From the NCBI GenBank assembly GCA_951406725.2, contig OX597819.1:43400001-43464000 (forward strand): DNA of 64,000 bases, given 5' to 3'. Within the stretch, counting starts at the first letter, position 1; every line of letters begins with the position of its first letter. The notes under the pieces were generated by a model, which was not told where the DNA came from, searched no databases, and saw only the letters and a list, made by a program, of their open reading frames with translations. Positions 25,446-39,002 of the stretch are shown in pieces. Origin of the DNA: Octopus vulgaris. Lineage: Eukaryota. A program made the translations under genes and the position numbers.

Positions 25446-25448
<3 letters not shown>

Positions 25449-25653
25449 TTTACTCTTTCACTTGTTTCAGTCATTTGATTGTGGCCATGCTGGAGCACCG
25501 CTTTTAGTCGAGCAAATTGACCCCAGGACTTATTCTTTGTAAGCCTAGTACTTATTCTATCGGTCTCTTTTGCCGAACCGCTAAGTTACGGTGACGTAAA
25601 CACACCAGCATCGGTTGTCAAGTGATGTTGGGGGGACAAACACAGACACACAA

Positions 25654-25722
<69 letters not shown>

Positions 25723-25888
25723 TACGATCGGCTTCTTTTCAGTTTCCGTCAACAAAATCCACCCACAAGGCTTTGGTCGGCCCGAGGCTATAGTAGAAGA
25801 CACTTGCCCAAGGTGCCACGCAGTGGGACTGAACCCGGAACCATGTGGTTGGTAAGTAAACAAGCTACTTACCACACAGCCACTCCTA
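25446..25888 (-). mobile_element. SINE family A, full length
   Basis: Matches the family consensus. Confidence 0.9.
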
Positions 25889-26390
25889 TATATACACAAA
25901 TTTTCTACTTGTTATGTTTTTGAAATATTTTCGTTTGTTGTGCTTTTGTCAAATTATATATATATAGGCTGTGTGGTAAAAAACTTCCATTCGGTCGCAC
26001 GACGTGGTCGGATTTTTTGTGCTGTTAAGCGTTTTGCTATTGATGGATTCCTTTGTTTGTATTATTTGCGTTCTTGTGTTTGTTGATCTGTATTTATTTT
26101 TACTATTCCCCGGTATACCGGGAAATAGGAACTGTTTAATATATTTCTGTGGCCATTGTGGAATTGTATTTTGAATTTTATGTAAAAATTTGAACTGTTT
26201 TTAAATCGTTTTAGACTTAGTTTTTGTGTCGCACCCTCAGCGGAGTGGCTTTGGAACTATTATCCTCTATTAGAGGAAAATTTATTATAGGCTTCCACTT
26301 TAAGCGGCAGCGATATCTTTGTGCTTATTGAATTAATTTCGACCAAGTATTCAGTCGAAATTATTAAAGAAAAATGCGCTCTCAAAAAGA

Positions 26391-27590
26391 GTGGTGTTGA
26401 TGTTGGCGGAGGGTCCTGTGAAGCTGCTCGGAGTCTGGGTAGGTCCAGACCTCCAGATACAGAAAAATTGGAGTGAGGTGGCCAGCAAGGTGACTCCTCT
26501 AACCCAGACCTGGTCTGGGCGGGCTTTATCCTTGCTAGGGAGGGCGGAGGTGGTGCAAATGTTTATAGCATCATTCATCACCCACCGTCTGACTGTAGTG
26601 TCTTGCCCCAATTTGTGGCTGAACAAGTTGGAGAGAATCCTTTTCCGCTTTTTGTGGAAGGGAGGAAAGCCACATGTGAAGCGCTCTGTCTGCTGCCAGA
26701 AACCGCTTAAGGGTGAGCTAAGGATGCCTTGGCTGAAGATGCGAAGATTCGCGTTAAGGTTGAGCCACCTCTCGTTTTACCTAGATGGAGCGCAGGTGTG
26801 GTCACCGCATGTCCGGTTCTATCTTCCGCAGTTAACGTCCTTAACGGACATTGGTACATGGATCAAGCAGAGACTAGGCTGGGGAACTGGCAATTGGAGT
26901 GCCGTCAGGCACTTCATTTGCTCTCTCGGGTGGGCAATGCCGGCAGTAGATGTTCCACCACGGATTTTGATAGCGGGTTAGTGGAGATTATGTCCGAAGA
27001 CGCCTTGCGAGAGACCCTGGGCTACGATGAAAATCAGTTGATCAACTTTTTCAGGAGAGCTTTCGGGCCGGGGTATCTGGATAATTACCAGAAATCACTG
27101 GCTTGGAAGTGCTTCTGTGCGGCGTTACCTGTTTGCGATAAACTGTCAAGGCACGGAAGTGTCATCTCGCCATGTCCGAGGTGTGGGCATGACAGGGAAG
27201 CCGTCTTGCACGCATTTGTGGATTGTCCGGAATTAACGGGACTGATAGCTTTCGCAGAACAACTGTTGACATCGATGGGAAGAGTACAGCTATCGGCTGT
27301 GTCTATCATCGAGATTGTACCGCCTCCTTCCCTCAAAAGGGAGAGGAAAACTTACCATTTTCCGCGTAGTAACCATGCTGAAAGAAACAGTATGGAAGAC
27401 GCGTGTGAAAGGAATAGTGACGGGTACCTTTGTATCCGGCCTGGGGTTGGTTAACTTTTTTAGTTACCACCTCAGTTGTAAGATCAGGCTGGAGAAGTGG
27501 TACCTGTCACGAGAAGGATTCGAGAAATGATGGTAACTTGTGGCAAGAAAGCTGGGAGTGATTGGCACCAAGTAAGTGGAGCCCCGGAAA
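26391..27590 (+). pseudogene. L1/Tx1-clade LINE ORF2 3' part (post-RT region and CCHC zinc finger), frameshifted
   Basis: VKLLGVW...NW...W..RALSLLGRA...FRFLW...KG.L.MP, then CPRC..REAVLHAFVDC, spread over three reading frames. Confidence 0.85.
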
Positions 27591-27821
27591 AAAAGCAAAG
27601 ATTCTACCCTGGTGGTCGGGTGCCTTTCCTTCAGGAGATACATTGCATGTGGCAATGTGATATCATCCAACATTTAAATTTTTACTGTAATTTTAATCGT
27701 AACTTATTCATAGAAAAAAAGAATCTTTAAATTGTAGCAGTTTCTTCACCATTTTACGTTTTTCTGTCCTTGTTTGTCCCCTCTTTGTAATGCTTGTATA
27801 ACAAATTTTTATGAAATAAAG

Positions 27822-28150
27822 AAGCTTGCTTCCCAACTACATGGTTTCGGATTCAGTCCCACTGCGTGGCATATTGGGCAAGTGTCTTCTACTATAGCCT
27901 CGGGCCGACCAAAGTCTTGTGAGTGGATTGGGTAGACAGAAATATATGTGTGTCTGTTTGTGCCCCTCTACCATCGCTTAACAACCGACGTTGGTGTGTT
28001 TACGTTTCCGTAACGTAGCGGTTCGCCAAAAGAGAACGATAGAATAAGTACTGGGCTTACAAAGAATAAGACCCGGGGTCGATTTGTTCGATTAAAAGGC
28101 GGCGCTCTAGCATGGCTGCAGTCAAAATGACTGAAACAAGCAAAAGAAAG
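27822..28150 (+). mobile_element. SINE family A, with its first bases left at 25967-25979 by the LINE insertion
   Basis: ggctgtgtggtaa precedes the LINE insert, and gaagcttgcttcccaac resumes the head after it. Confidence 0.75.
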
Positions 28151-28958
28151 TATATGTATGAATGTATGCGTGCATGTATATATATGTGTGTGTATATAGA
28201 TACACACATACGTACATACACACACGCACATACAGATATATGTGAGATGAATCAGGAAAGTTGTGAAAGCGTCGGCAAAAATGCTTGTGTCATTGTGAAG
28301 TCAATACGAGTTCAAATAACGCCGAGATATACTTCGTATTTTTCGGCCCTCTGATTCAGTGCTTTCTTTTTTCTCACACTCTCTCTATGTTCCTCTCTCA
28401 GAGTCACGTACGTCGATTTGAGGGAAGGGTCACAGTAAGAAAAAAAAAAAAAGAATACATCTTACAGGGTCTCTGCATGGACGGATAAATATCTACTAGA
28501 TCGGGAAGTGATAACATTATATAACACAATTTTTGTCCTTGGGTTGCAACTGTTATTTCCTATTTGCTTACCCCTGGAAAGTACGTAAATGGCTAATATT
28601 TCCTTAAAACTTTGCTTTTGTTACATATATTTAAACCCCAAAGAAACCCCCTCGACACATGGCTATGGTGCCCCCCCCCCGCCACTACTCTGCTTATGAT
28701 CAGAGATGAACATATTGTCACATGCTCAAGTGGTTAAGGTCAAGCAACTGACAAGCAAATCTGTAGTATTGAGCAGAATATTTGTTATAACGATATTTCT
28801 GCTTTATCAACTCACCGCTGAATTTGTCTGAAACGTAATGGAAAATAGGCCAGTTTCAAAACATTGATGTCCAGGTCACAAAAGCAAAACCTGAAGGGAA
28901 TGGTAGTCATTTCCTTCGATTTCTAGATAGAAGCAAATGGGAAATAACACTTACTGAC

Positions 28959-29010
<52 letters not shown>

Positions 29011-29819
29011 AACACACGTACAATGTTACAGAATGGTTATAAACGTATACGTTGCTCGTTTGAAAGTTAAACTAATCAAATCCATTACGGTCGTTAATGT
29101 TCCAATCTATTCTTTTCCAGTAGATTGATGGAGGATTTTGCTGAATCTGTATCTATAGCACTGTTAAGATGCACAAAACCAAATACCTCTTTGTTATTCA
29201 TAGTCTTCGAAATCAATACACTTATGTATAGAATCATCGATAGACTAGAAAACAGCACGAAGGAATTCATACCAGAGTAATACAGCGTACCATTTAACAT
29301 ATTGATATAACATTATCTTATATCAATAACTTGTGTTTATATTGTTCTGCAGCTTGGTTTGCTAATATATCAGGATACCCGTTATTAATTAATGTTCGAT
29401 TTATATTAATTAACGCCCGATATGTAAGATTTATTTAAAGCTTCGAGGAAAAGTTAAAATGCCATCCAAGAAGGCATATAACTTGAGATATTTTTGTATC
29501 TGTGGTGACTCTCACCATCATTCTATAGAAAACTGATAAAGTTAGCAACATTACTACCATGGGCATGGAAAGTGATTTTCTTAACATCTGATTTATGGAA
29601 ATTAAACTTATTAAATTCCTGTGTCGAAGCCGTGCATTTCCAGTATTTTCAGAGCATTGGACACAAGACTCTGTTGTATATCATTACTCACGAACCGTTA
29701 CGTTCTGGGCTCAAATCCTGCTGCGGTTTATCTTGTTTTTCATCCTTCTGGAAATCAATAAATTGAAGTCACAATCAAATTCTTTTGTCAGTTATAATCA
29801 ACTATATCCCACCTACGAC

Positions 29820-29978
29820 AGATTTGCCTTCTCCCGCCCGCCGAGGTCGACTTTGCCTTTCATCCTTTCGGGGGTCGATAAATTAAGTACCATTTGTGTA
29901 CTGGGGTCGATGTAATCGACTAAATCCGTTTGTTTGTCTCCTCTGTGTTTAGCCCCTTGTGGGTAGTAAAGAAATAGA
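29820..29978 (+). mobile_element. SINE family B, 3' part
   Basis: ccgccgaggtcgactttgcctttcatcctttcgggggtcgat...agccccttgtgggtagtaaagaaatag. Confidence 0.8.
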
Positions 29979-30154
29979 TATTGAATATCGTATTAACGCA
30001 CTTTTAGAGCTGCACAGATAAATCTGTAAACGTTTACAATTCTACTCTCGCTCGTGTTTTCTTTTTTGCTCTTAGTTTGGGTGTCTCTTATGTTCAGCAA
30101 ATAACATAAGTTACTTTAGAGATCGGTCTACCGCAGTATCAGTAGTCAAGGATA

Positions 30155-30207
30155 AGGGTTAGGGTTTAGGTTTAGGGTTTAGGTTTAAGATTTAGGGTTA
30201 GGGTTAG
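30155..30207 (+). repeat. Degenerate interstitial (TTAGGG)-like array
   Basis: agggttagggtttaggtttagggtttaggtttaagatttagggttagggttag. Confidence 0.75.
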
Positions 30208-30308
30208 ACTGCAAACCAAATAGACCACCCACTAAAGTGGTACAAAAATGCGCGAGTAGGAAAACATGAATTCATATATCAAGTATCACTATAAAAGAAA
30301 CATAAATA

Positions 30309-30871
30309 GGCGCAGGCGTGGCTGTGTGGTAAGAGGATTGCTTCTCAACCACATGGTTCCGGGTTCAGTCCCAGCGTGCGGCACCTTAGCCAAATGTCTT
30401 CTACGATAGCCTTGAACCGACCAAAGCCTTGTGAGTGGATTTGGTAGATGGAAACTGAAAGAAGCCTGTCGTATATATATGTATATATGTCTATGTATCT
30501 ATGTGTGTGTGTCTATGTGTTTGTCTCTTACCAGTGTTTGACAACCGGTGTTGGTTTGTTTACGTCCCCTTAATTTAGCGGTACTTATTCTTTAGAATAA
30601 GCACCAAGCTTAAACGCAAAAAAAAGTACTGGGGTCGATTTGTTCGACTAAAACCCTTCAAGTCGGTGCTCCAGCATGCCCACAGTTGAATGAGCGAAAC
30701 AAGTAAAGGGTAAAAGATTAAAAAAAACACGATAAAGCCTGCTTCCCAACCACATGGATTTGGGTTCAGTCCCACTGCGTGGCATATGGTGTAAGTGTCT
30801 TTAACTATAAGCCTCGGGCTCACCAAAGCCTTGTGAGTGGATTCGGTAGACGGAAACCGAAAGAAACCCGT

Positions 30872-30910
<39 letters not shown>

Positions 30911-31010
30911 TTATGTGTGTCTGTGTTTGCACCCTCCCATCGCTTGACACCGATGTTGGCGTGTTTACGTCCTGTAATTTAGCAGTTCGGCAAACAAGTA
31001 AAAGGATAAA
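30309..31010 (+). mobile_element. Two tandem SINE family A copies (30309-30718 and 30736-31010)
   Basis: Both match the consensus; the second is truncated. Confidence 0.85.
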
Positions 31011-31348
31011 AGGACATAGAAAGATTGCGCGTCTAACAACGCATGCCCTGCACTGAAAGAAAAAAAACAACTTTGAGATTTACCATGAAAGTGCATAAAA
31101 GTGTTGACGTCAGAGCTGATGTTTGTCTGTAGGTTTTATGGTACTGAGTGAACAAAGAGGACTTCGGTTTAGTTCTCCTCCTACTTTGGCTTATTTACGA
31201 CTTTTATTGACATTTCTGTTGGTTTTGTATATGTTATGTAAATCTGTACAAAGAAATTGTTCAAAAAAATGTAAACACATACCATTATAAACTTAGTTTA
31301 GAAAAGAAAAGAAATTACAGTATAAATTCATACATATTAACATCTATT

Positions 31349-31387
<39 letters not shown>

Positions 31388-32736
31388 GTCTGTGTGTGCA
31401 CGCACGTGTGGTTAAATATATGTTAAAGGCGACGAGCGGGTAGAATCGTTATTAAGCTGGACAAAAATATGAGCGGCATTTCGTTCGTCTTTACGTTGTG
31501 AATTTGAATTCCGCAGCGGCTGTATACATAAGCTATCGAAGATGGCTTGTGCATACAGCTTGTTTGTTGTTGTAGTAAACAAATTATTTTTAGTTCCGTG
31601 TCCATTGTGCATGGTAGCTTGCTTGCCTCATCTGTGAGCTACTACTAAAGAGTGACACAGTTATAAAGTCTAGGCTAGTAGAGAGGGTGATTGATCAGCA
31701 TACTGAAAAACTTGCTCTTGGACCAGAGACCAGTCGACCCAAAGAGAAAGAAAGCTATTTGGCTTCACGTATTTATATTATTCCAACCAGGCCTTTCGTG
31801 TCACCCTTAAAGACAGGAACTTTTCAGCACCCCCTCGTACATATATATTGTACACACATATATATACATTAAAGGTTTGCACACATATAAACATATTCAA
31901 CCATCAAATACGCGTATAGATCTAACGTCTTCCCAACAAATATTCATACGTGCATACGTATAAGCACTCTAATAACATTATATATCTTCCACTACTCCCC
32001 AATGAGCAATAATAATCTCGCATTCACGAGCGCCCCCTAGCTTCAATAATTCTAATAAAGAACACAAGTTCTGCATGATTCGCTTGACCTTCTAATTCAT
32101 CAGCCAAATCTCCCCTCAAACAAATCCCGAGACTTTTAAGTGCTGGGATCAAATGTGTCAAGTTCTAATCCTTATGATAACACGCCCGACAAAGGCAGGA
32201 CGGACTCAGCGAGAAAGCTAACCGAGCAACACAGTTTAACAAAATTCTAGCATACCAGATTTAATGCGAAAGATCTTTGTAGTTTGCCTGGTCGAAATCC
32301 TGTTTAGGCTGAATAAATACAGATTTCATTGGTTCGTTATTGTAACAGGAAAGGATATACTTGACTGAATTAATGACAGTATATTACTGGTATTTATATT
32401 AGTGACCCTCTCCCCCATGGTGAGATGAAAGACGAAGTCTATCTCATTCGGTAGGACTTGAGATTAGAAACAGCAGGCTTATATAGTAAACTCTGCAACG
32501 CATCTCATCCAGTACTCTGTTATTTCTCACACGTCTCATAGACGAAAATACTGTGTAAATGATACCTCCGCATACATGCGCCCGCGCACATACACACATA
32601 ATTGGCTTCAAATTTTGGCACAAGGCCAGCAAGTTTTTTTGGGAGGGGTTAAGTCGGTTACATCGATACCAGTGATCAACTAGTACATATTTTATCGACC
32701 CACGTAAAGACAGATGAAATGTCGTTAGGCATTTAA

Positions 32737-32819
<83 letters not shown>

Positions 32820-33504
32820 GATATATATATATAGATATAGATATATATAGATAGATATAGATATATGAAATTTACCTGGAAGAGGATGCGTGGGGTTCAA
32901 TCATATAATAATATGAATAATAAATATATATATATCACTGTCCTGTTTGTGTTACCAATTTTGACCCGCCGCAAAATCCTAAATTTTATTTAATTTGCTT
33001 TGCGAGAGTAACTATTTTATCGAAAGCGTATATTGTTGTTAAGTGCTCCAAATACGAGACTAGAAAAACAGTCAACAACTGATGAAGGGTCGTTCTTTAT
33101 GTTGTTTGTTTTGTTTTCCATTTGTGTCTTTCGTTGTTCGAAAGAATAGTTCATGCTCCATACTCCAAATGGCGGTGCCCCAGCATGGCCACAGCTCATG
33201 AGCTGAAACTAGAATCAATCAATCATACTCATGCTTCGTACTTTTTTATTGTACACGTTTCGTGACGTCCTGTGCCCACATATGCATATATATATATATG
33301 TATAATTAAAACAAAAATGAGTTGAGAGAAATAGCACATAGTGAACAGTAGTTTGATTTCGAATAACAAGGGCAACGAAAGGTATATTAAATACTACACA
33401 AGATAAATAATTAATTTTAATGAAATCGTATTCTTTTCGAGAGAAAGTAGACAAGCAACTTGCAGTTATTGCGACCGATTCTAAATAAAAAGGGGGAAAT
33501 AATC

Positions 33505-33715
33505 CTTTCTATTATAGGCACAAGGCCCGAAATTTATGGGGAGGGAACTAATTAAGAACATGGACCCTAGAATTTCATTGGTATTTAATTTATTGACCCT
33601 GAAAGGATGAAAGGCAAAGTCGACCTCGGCGGAATTTGAACACAGAACATAGGGACGGGCAGAATATCGCTAAGCATTTCGTCCAACGTGCTAACGACTG
33701 TGCCAGCTCGTCACT
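33505..33715 (-). mobile_element. SINE family B variant
   Basis: gaaaggatgaaaggcaaagtcgacctcggcggaatttgaac core. More decayed copies lie at about 32600-32730, 36255-36460 and 59535-59745. Confidence 0.75.
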
Positions 33716-33904
33716 TTAAGACAGGAGAAATATTTTTGTGTCATAACAGAGTTGAGCTTTGTTAGTAATTAAACACGCATTGATTCTGTAAATTCAAAGT
33801 TATCAGTGAATATATATAAGAAAGACATATTTAAATACCAACGGCTTGTTTGTTTGAAATCTGATTCCACTCCACTCATCTGAAACAGTAATGCTACACG
33901 AACG

Positions 33905-34034
33905 TTTCCCAGCCACATAGTTCTGGGTTCAGTCCCACTGCGTGGCACCTTTGGCAAGTGACTTCTTCTATAGCCTCGGGCCGACCAAAGGCTTGTGAGT
34001 GGTTTTGTAGACGGAAACTGAAAGAAGCTCCTCG

Positions 34035-34108
<74 letters not shown>

Positions 34109-34370
34109 TGAGTGTATGTGTGTTTGTGTATGTGTGTGTGTGTGTGCGTGTGTGTGTCGTTGTGACTGTGTTTGCACCCCCCCACCATCACTTGACAACC
34201 GATGTCGGTGTGTTTATGTCCTCGAAATGAAGCGGTTCGACAAAAGAGACCGATAGGATAAGTACTAGGCTTACAAAGAATAAGTTCTGGGGGCGATTTC
34301 TTCGACTAAAGGCGGTGCTCCACCATGGCCGCAGTCAAATGATTGAAACGTGTAAAAGAGTAAAAGAGTA
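33905..34370 (+). mobile_element. SINE family A, 5'-truncated
   Basis: Matches the consensus through the GTAAAAGA tail. Confidence 0.85.
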
Positions 34371-34818
34371 ATGTAATAGAAAACCAAAATTTAATCGTTT
34401 TGCGGTCATAGTATGAAATCTTTGTGTAATTCAATACAGTTGTCCGTATTTTCCTCTGATGCAATGGTTCTTAACTTACCTTTTGTAGTTCATTTTACAA
34501 ACACCCAGCTCAAATGCTGGAAAAAAATCTAAATCATGTTAATCTAACAGAAATGAATATTTCTTATAATATCCATCTGGCGGGTGCCTTTGTTTTAGAG
34601 ATTTATATGGACTAGTGATCTTAATGTCAATTTTTTTTTTTGTGGAAATTACTGAAGAAAACGTGGACTTGCATTAGGAAACATTGAACCTTGGCGCATC
34701 ATCACTCATGCTTTCGGCTCATATTTTAATACTGATTAAGAATTCTTCTTTTTTTTTGTATCAAAAATACAGGGTGGTGAGCGAAATAGTAGCCCGGGTT
34801 CCGTAGCATAGTGTAAAT

Positions 34819-35196
34819 TGGGGGTTCTCAATCATTTATTATCTACGGATCCCTTTGATTACTATTTTATTCTAGTGGACCCCACTAGCCATTCGATGGT
34901 TAAAAACTAGTTTTATATACACTTCTTTTAAAATTCCTATTTTGCTTTTCACACATTAACTTGTGTAGGTTGTACTATGTAAAATGTTAAAGAAACCCAG
35001 CTGTTTCTTGCTATACATATTGATACATCTAAGGTAAAAATTTTTTCAAGTGTTCTTAAAATATCATTGTGGGTCCCCAATTTACAATTTTGTTGCGTCG
35101 TTCCCCAATTTACAATTTTGTTGCGTGGTTCCCCAATTTACAATTTTGCGGTGTGGTCCCCCAAAATCTTACATGGCCCCCGGTTTAGAACCACTG
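34819..35196. mobile_element. hAT-type MITE nested in the Tc1/mariner element
   Basis: Ends (tg)ggggttctcaatc / ggtttagaaccactg. Perfect 8-bp TSD GTGTAAAT at 34811-34818 and 35197-35204. Internal ~28-bp unit repeated three times. Confidence 0.8.
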
Positions 35197-35399
35197 GTGT
35201 AAATAGAGAAATAAGTTGACACACAAGAAATAATGCCCAGCCTTTCGTTTGTGAATGTCGTAGTGTTATTTCGATGGTTTCTAACTGATGAACAAAGATG
35301 ACGCATTGGTCGACTGTTTGCTACATCATCACCACATCCTCATCACATAAGTTGATTGTAAGATTGTATTGAGTGAACATTTCGAGCATTTCTTGCAAG

Positions 35400-35765
35400 A
35401 TGGTGTACTCAATAGCGGAAAGAGTGGAGATTGTGGAAGCACATGTGAGAACAGGTTGTGTTAAGCAAATGCAGGAAATTTTTGAAGTCAAGTTTCCGAG
35501 TAAAAGCTTACTGGCAAAGAGAACGATACAAATGTTAGTTAAGAGGTGACGCGCTACGGGGTCAGTGACTGTGCCCCCAAGCAAAAAGACAGTTCGAAAG
35601 CCGGAAGATATTCAGGTCATTCACCTAAAGGTTACTCGAAGTCTAGAGAAATCAATACGTAAATTGGCTCAGCAGTCTTACATAAGCAGGAAGTCAGACC
35701 AACGGGAGTTGATATGTCTAAAGTTGAAGCCATATTATTTCACATGTGTACAGCAATTAAAAGCC
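35400..35765 (+). pseudogene. Transposase N-terminal HTH region (DUF4817/rosa-like Tc1/mariner)
   Basis: MVYSIAERVEIVE...FEVKFP...RTIQMLVKR*RATGSV...TVRKPEDI...SIRKLAQQ...LKLKPY...VQQLK. Confidence 0.7.
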
Positions 35766-36470
35766 TATTTTCTCGGTCGAAATACAATGACGCTTGCAAA
35801 CGAAAGGCCGGGTAATTTTTCATGTGTATAAATTTATTTCTGCATTAGTACTATGCTACGGAACCTGGGCTAATTTATCGTGCACCACTCTGCTTAAGTG
35901 TTGTACCTAGTTTAAAATATTTTACTTCTAAGGTCTAAGAAATAATCATGACTCCTTCAAACTCTCAACAATCGCCATTGTGTTCGTTTACAACGCGTCG
36001 TAGATGTTGCTACCGCCGAAGTTAACAACCATTATTCTGAAAAGTCTATATTCGAGGATTTCGATTGGCCAAACTAATGGGAATTTGTTAACCCCGTGGC
36101 TAAGATAGAAACAATTATATTAAAGGCGGTGAGTAGAAACCTCTTCCGACACTAAAAATTCTGCTGCTCATCGCCCTTAATATAATGGGTTCTGGTTTAT
36201 CTATAGGGTCAACAGAATGTAATCATAATCACAAAACTAGCAATTTTAAGAAAAAATGAGCAGCGGAATCGTTATAGTGTCGGAAGAGATGCTTTGTGGT
36301 ATTTCTTCAAGCTCTTTTCATTCTGAGTTCACATCTCGTCGAGGTCAGCTTTACCTTTCATCCCTCTGGGATCAATAAAATAACTGGTAATCAATCAATA
36401 AAATTACCAGTCAAGTAGTAGGCTCGATGGTATTGACAAATTCCCTTCCCCTCAAAATCTTTGACCATGT

Positions 36471-36857
36471 GGATAGAAGCACTCCGTCAGTTACGACGAC
36501 GAGGGTTCCGGTTGATCCGAATCAACGGAACAGCCTGCTCCTGAAATTAACGTGCAATTGGCTGAGCACTCCACAGACACGTGTACCCTTAACGTAGTTC
36601 TCGGGTATATTCAGCGTGACACAGAGAGTGACAAGGCTGGCCCTTTGAAATACAGGTACAACAGAAACAGGATGTAAGAATGAAAGAAAGTTGTGGTGAA
36701 AGAGTACAGCAGGGATCACCACCATCCCTGCCGGAGCCTCGTGGAGCTTTAGGTGTTTTCGCTCAATAAACACTCACAACGCCCGGTCTGGGGATCGAAA
36801 CCGCGATCCTACGACTGCGAGTCCGCTGCCCTAACCACTGGGCCATTGCGCCTCCAC
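36471..36857 (-). mobile_element. tRNA(Arg)-like-headed SINE, family C, full length
   Basis: 12-bp TSD CTTTGACCATGT at 36459-36470 and 36858-36869. Colinear with 41952-42334. Confidence 0.92.
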
Positions 36858-36899
36858 CTTTGACCATGTACACAGTTCCATGTACTTTGTGCCTTATCC

Positions 36900-37335
36900 T
36901 CTGACTCGAAATTCGCAGCGCCTTCGTCCAAACGTTGTGCTTTCACGAATAGGATCGTAGCTTTTTTCATCAAACAGCCAGCCTTTGGAACTCTCTTCCA
37001 TCTTATCGTTTTCCTTCTTCTTGTGACCTATAATCTTTCAAGTTTAAAGTAAATTCATTCCTTTTCTCTTAATTTTTCCTGCTTCATAATCTCTTACATT
37101 GAGTGGCTTCTCACCTGACTGGAAATCCACAGCATCTTCATCCAGACGCTCTTGTGCTTTCAGGAATAAGGCTGTAGCTTTTTTCCTCGAACTGCCAACC
37201 TTTGGAACTTTCTTTCATCTCATTGTTTTCCTTCTTCTTATGACCTGAACTCTTTCAAGCCTTCAGAAAATTCATTTCTTCATGTCTCTTTCTTCATACT
37301 ACCGTACAGTAAGCGGCTTCTATCCTTGTTTGGTA
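36900..37335 (+). mobile_element. Two tandem decayed 3' ends of a CR1-like LINE
   Basis: Both ~200-bp units translate to FF..TA.LWN.L....FPSS.DL..FK, the typical ORF2 C-terminus. Confidence 0.6.
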
Positions 37336-37804
37336 CTTTCTTATGAAAAAAATAGAGAAGAAAAAAAATTAAAAGTTATCGCTTTGTCAAATACACTGTG
37401 TCTTGTTCATACTGCCTGAAAATCACGTTAAATTTTCATGAAACTATGAAATACTCAGCTATTTACACGCTAATTCAGGAGTAGATAATGAAATTGATGG
37501 AGCAATCGAATCCATGTCGTTGTCAATCGACGAGGATCCACCACCACGTACAAATACTGCATAGATCTTCATCCAAATATTTCAAATTTGCAGCGTTGTG
37601 CCAATAAAAGAAATCAATTGGAGGAGGATCAGTAGAAAACACTCATAAAAATTTTGAAGTCCAGCTGGACAGAAAAGAAATAAAAACAATATCGGTCACC
37701 ATCGATATTGCTCGTATTATTTGCCAGGGGAAATACGAAAACACATGTTACCATAATAACTGATTCAAATAACATATGTGGCTCTGCTGGTTCTGTGTGT
37801 GTGC

Positions 37805-37873
<69 letters not shown>

Positions 37874-38049
37874 CGTGTCTTTAGTGATTGACACATTTTA
37901 CTTTCATAAACGTTTGAATAAGTATTCGTAACTTCGGAAAGTTACTGTGTGTCAATCGTTAAATCAATTAATCTATCCATAATGATGCTTTATATATAAA
38001 GTATATGGCGTGGCTGTGTAGTAAGAATCTTGATTCCCAACCACATGGT

Positions 38050-38575
38050 ATGTAACCCAGTACAACCTGTTGCATGGTCGGGTGGTCGGCGACTAAACCG
38101 GCAACCCCACCAAGCTTGCTTGGTGAGGAGGGTGTTTATTGGACACCCTGCGGGATGAAAAACAAAACCCGTCAAAGGGCAGAGGAACTCTTGAGAGTCA
38201 ACAGCCATCCAATAAGTATCTTAAGGCTGTATCATGCGCGGGGACATAGAAATAATCGGACTGAATACCCGATCGCGCGATTAAACCGTTGGGAGTGAAG
38301 GACTCCTAGCCTTTGTTAGGGCATCCTTCTCGGAGAAGGTAACTCAGGTAACTGGGATAACTCTGACATAAAACCTGCGGCTCAGTGGTTACCGATGATG
38401 TTGACTTGTTCTTCTTTTCGGATTATGGCTGCTGTTGCTTAGTGAGTGGGATTGACTCAGTGCACAGCCTTTCCTCACTTTAAAAAAATCTTCTTGCACA
38501 GGCATTGGACGATAACAACATTGATTAAGCTTCGTGCAATGGCCATACTCGATAACAAGGGGGCAGCCACCATGT
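38050..38575 (+). mobile_element. Insert resembling an RTE-clade 5' UTR, inside a SINE A (head 38005-38050, tail 38690-38905)
   Basis: GC-richer block with ggcatccttctcggagaaggtaactc...aaacc, similar by eye to RTE 5' UTR motifs. Confidence 0.4.
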
Positions 38576-38587
38576 ATGTATTTATAA

Positions 38588-38633
<46 letters not shown>

Positions 38634-38910
38634 AAGAAAAAAGCACAAGAAAAAAATAATAACACGAGGACGTGGTACATGCAAAATGTGTGTGTGTATG
38701 TCTGTGTTTGTTCCACCAACACCACCACCATCGCTTGATAACCGATGCTGGTGTGCTTATGTCGCCGTAACTTAGTGGTTCTGCAACAGAGACCGATAGA
38801 ATAAATACAAAGAATAAGTACTGGGGGTCGATTTCTTCGATTGAAACCCTTCAAGGCTTGCTTCATCATGGTTGCAATCAAATGACTGAAACAAGTAAAA
38901 GATTATAAGA

Positions 38911-38948
<38 letters not shown>

Positions 38949-38958
38949 ACACACACAC

Positions 38959-39002
<44 letters not shown>

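Larger units (their letters stand above)
34770..35892 (+). mobile_element. Internally deleted Tc1/mariner-superfamily element
   Basis: TIRs cagggtggtg...agcccgggttccgtagcatagt / actatgctacggaacctgggct...caccactctg. TA at the left end. Contains a transposase N-terminus. Confidence 0.8.

Noticed and set aside
28560-28790. Fragment reminiscent of a Deu/Nin-domain SINE
   Set aside because: Single decayed copy with no head, tail or TSD visible; the resemblance is from memory only.
35074-35163. 28-bp repeats resembling a CRISPR array
   Set aside because: Contiguous tandem units with no unique spacers, inside a hAT MITE in eukaryotic DNA.
36120-36290. Short inverted repeat (about 36140-36172 vs 36257-36290)
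   Set aside because: Explained by opposed decayed SINE B head fragments.
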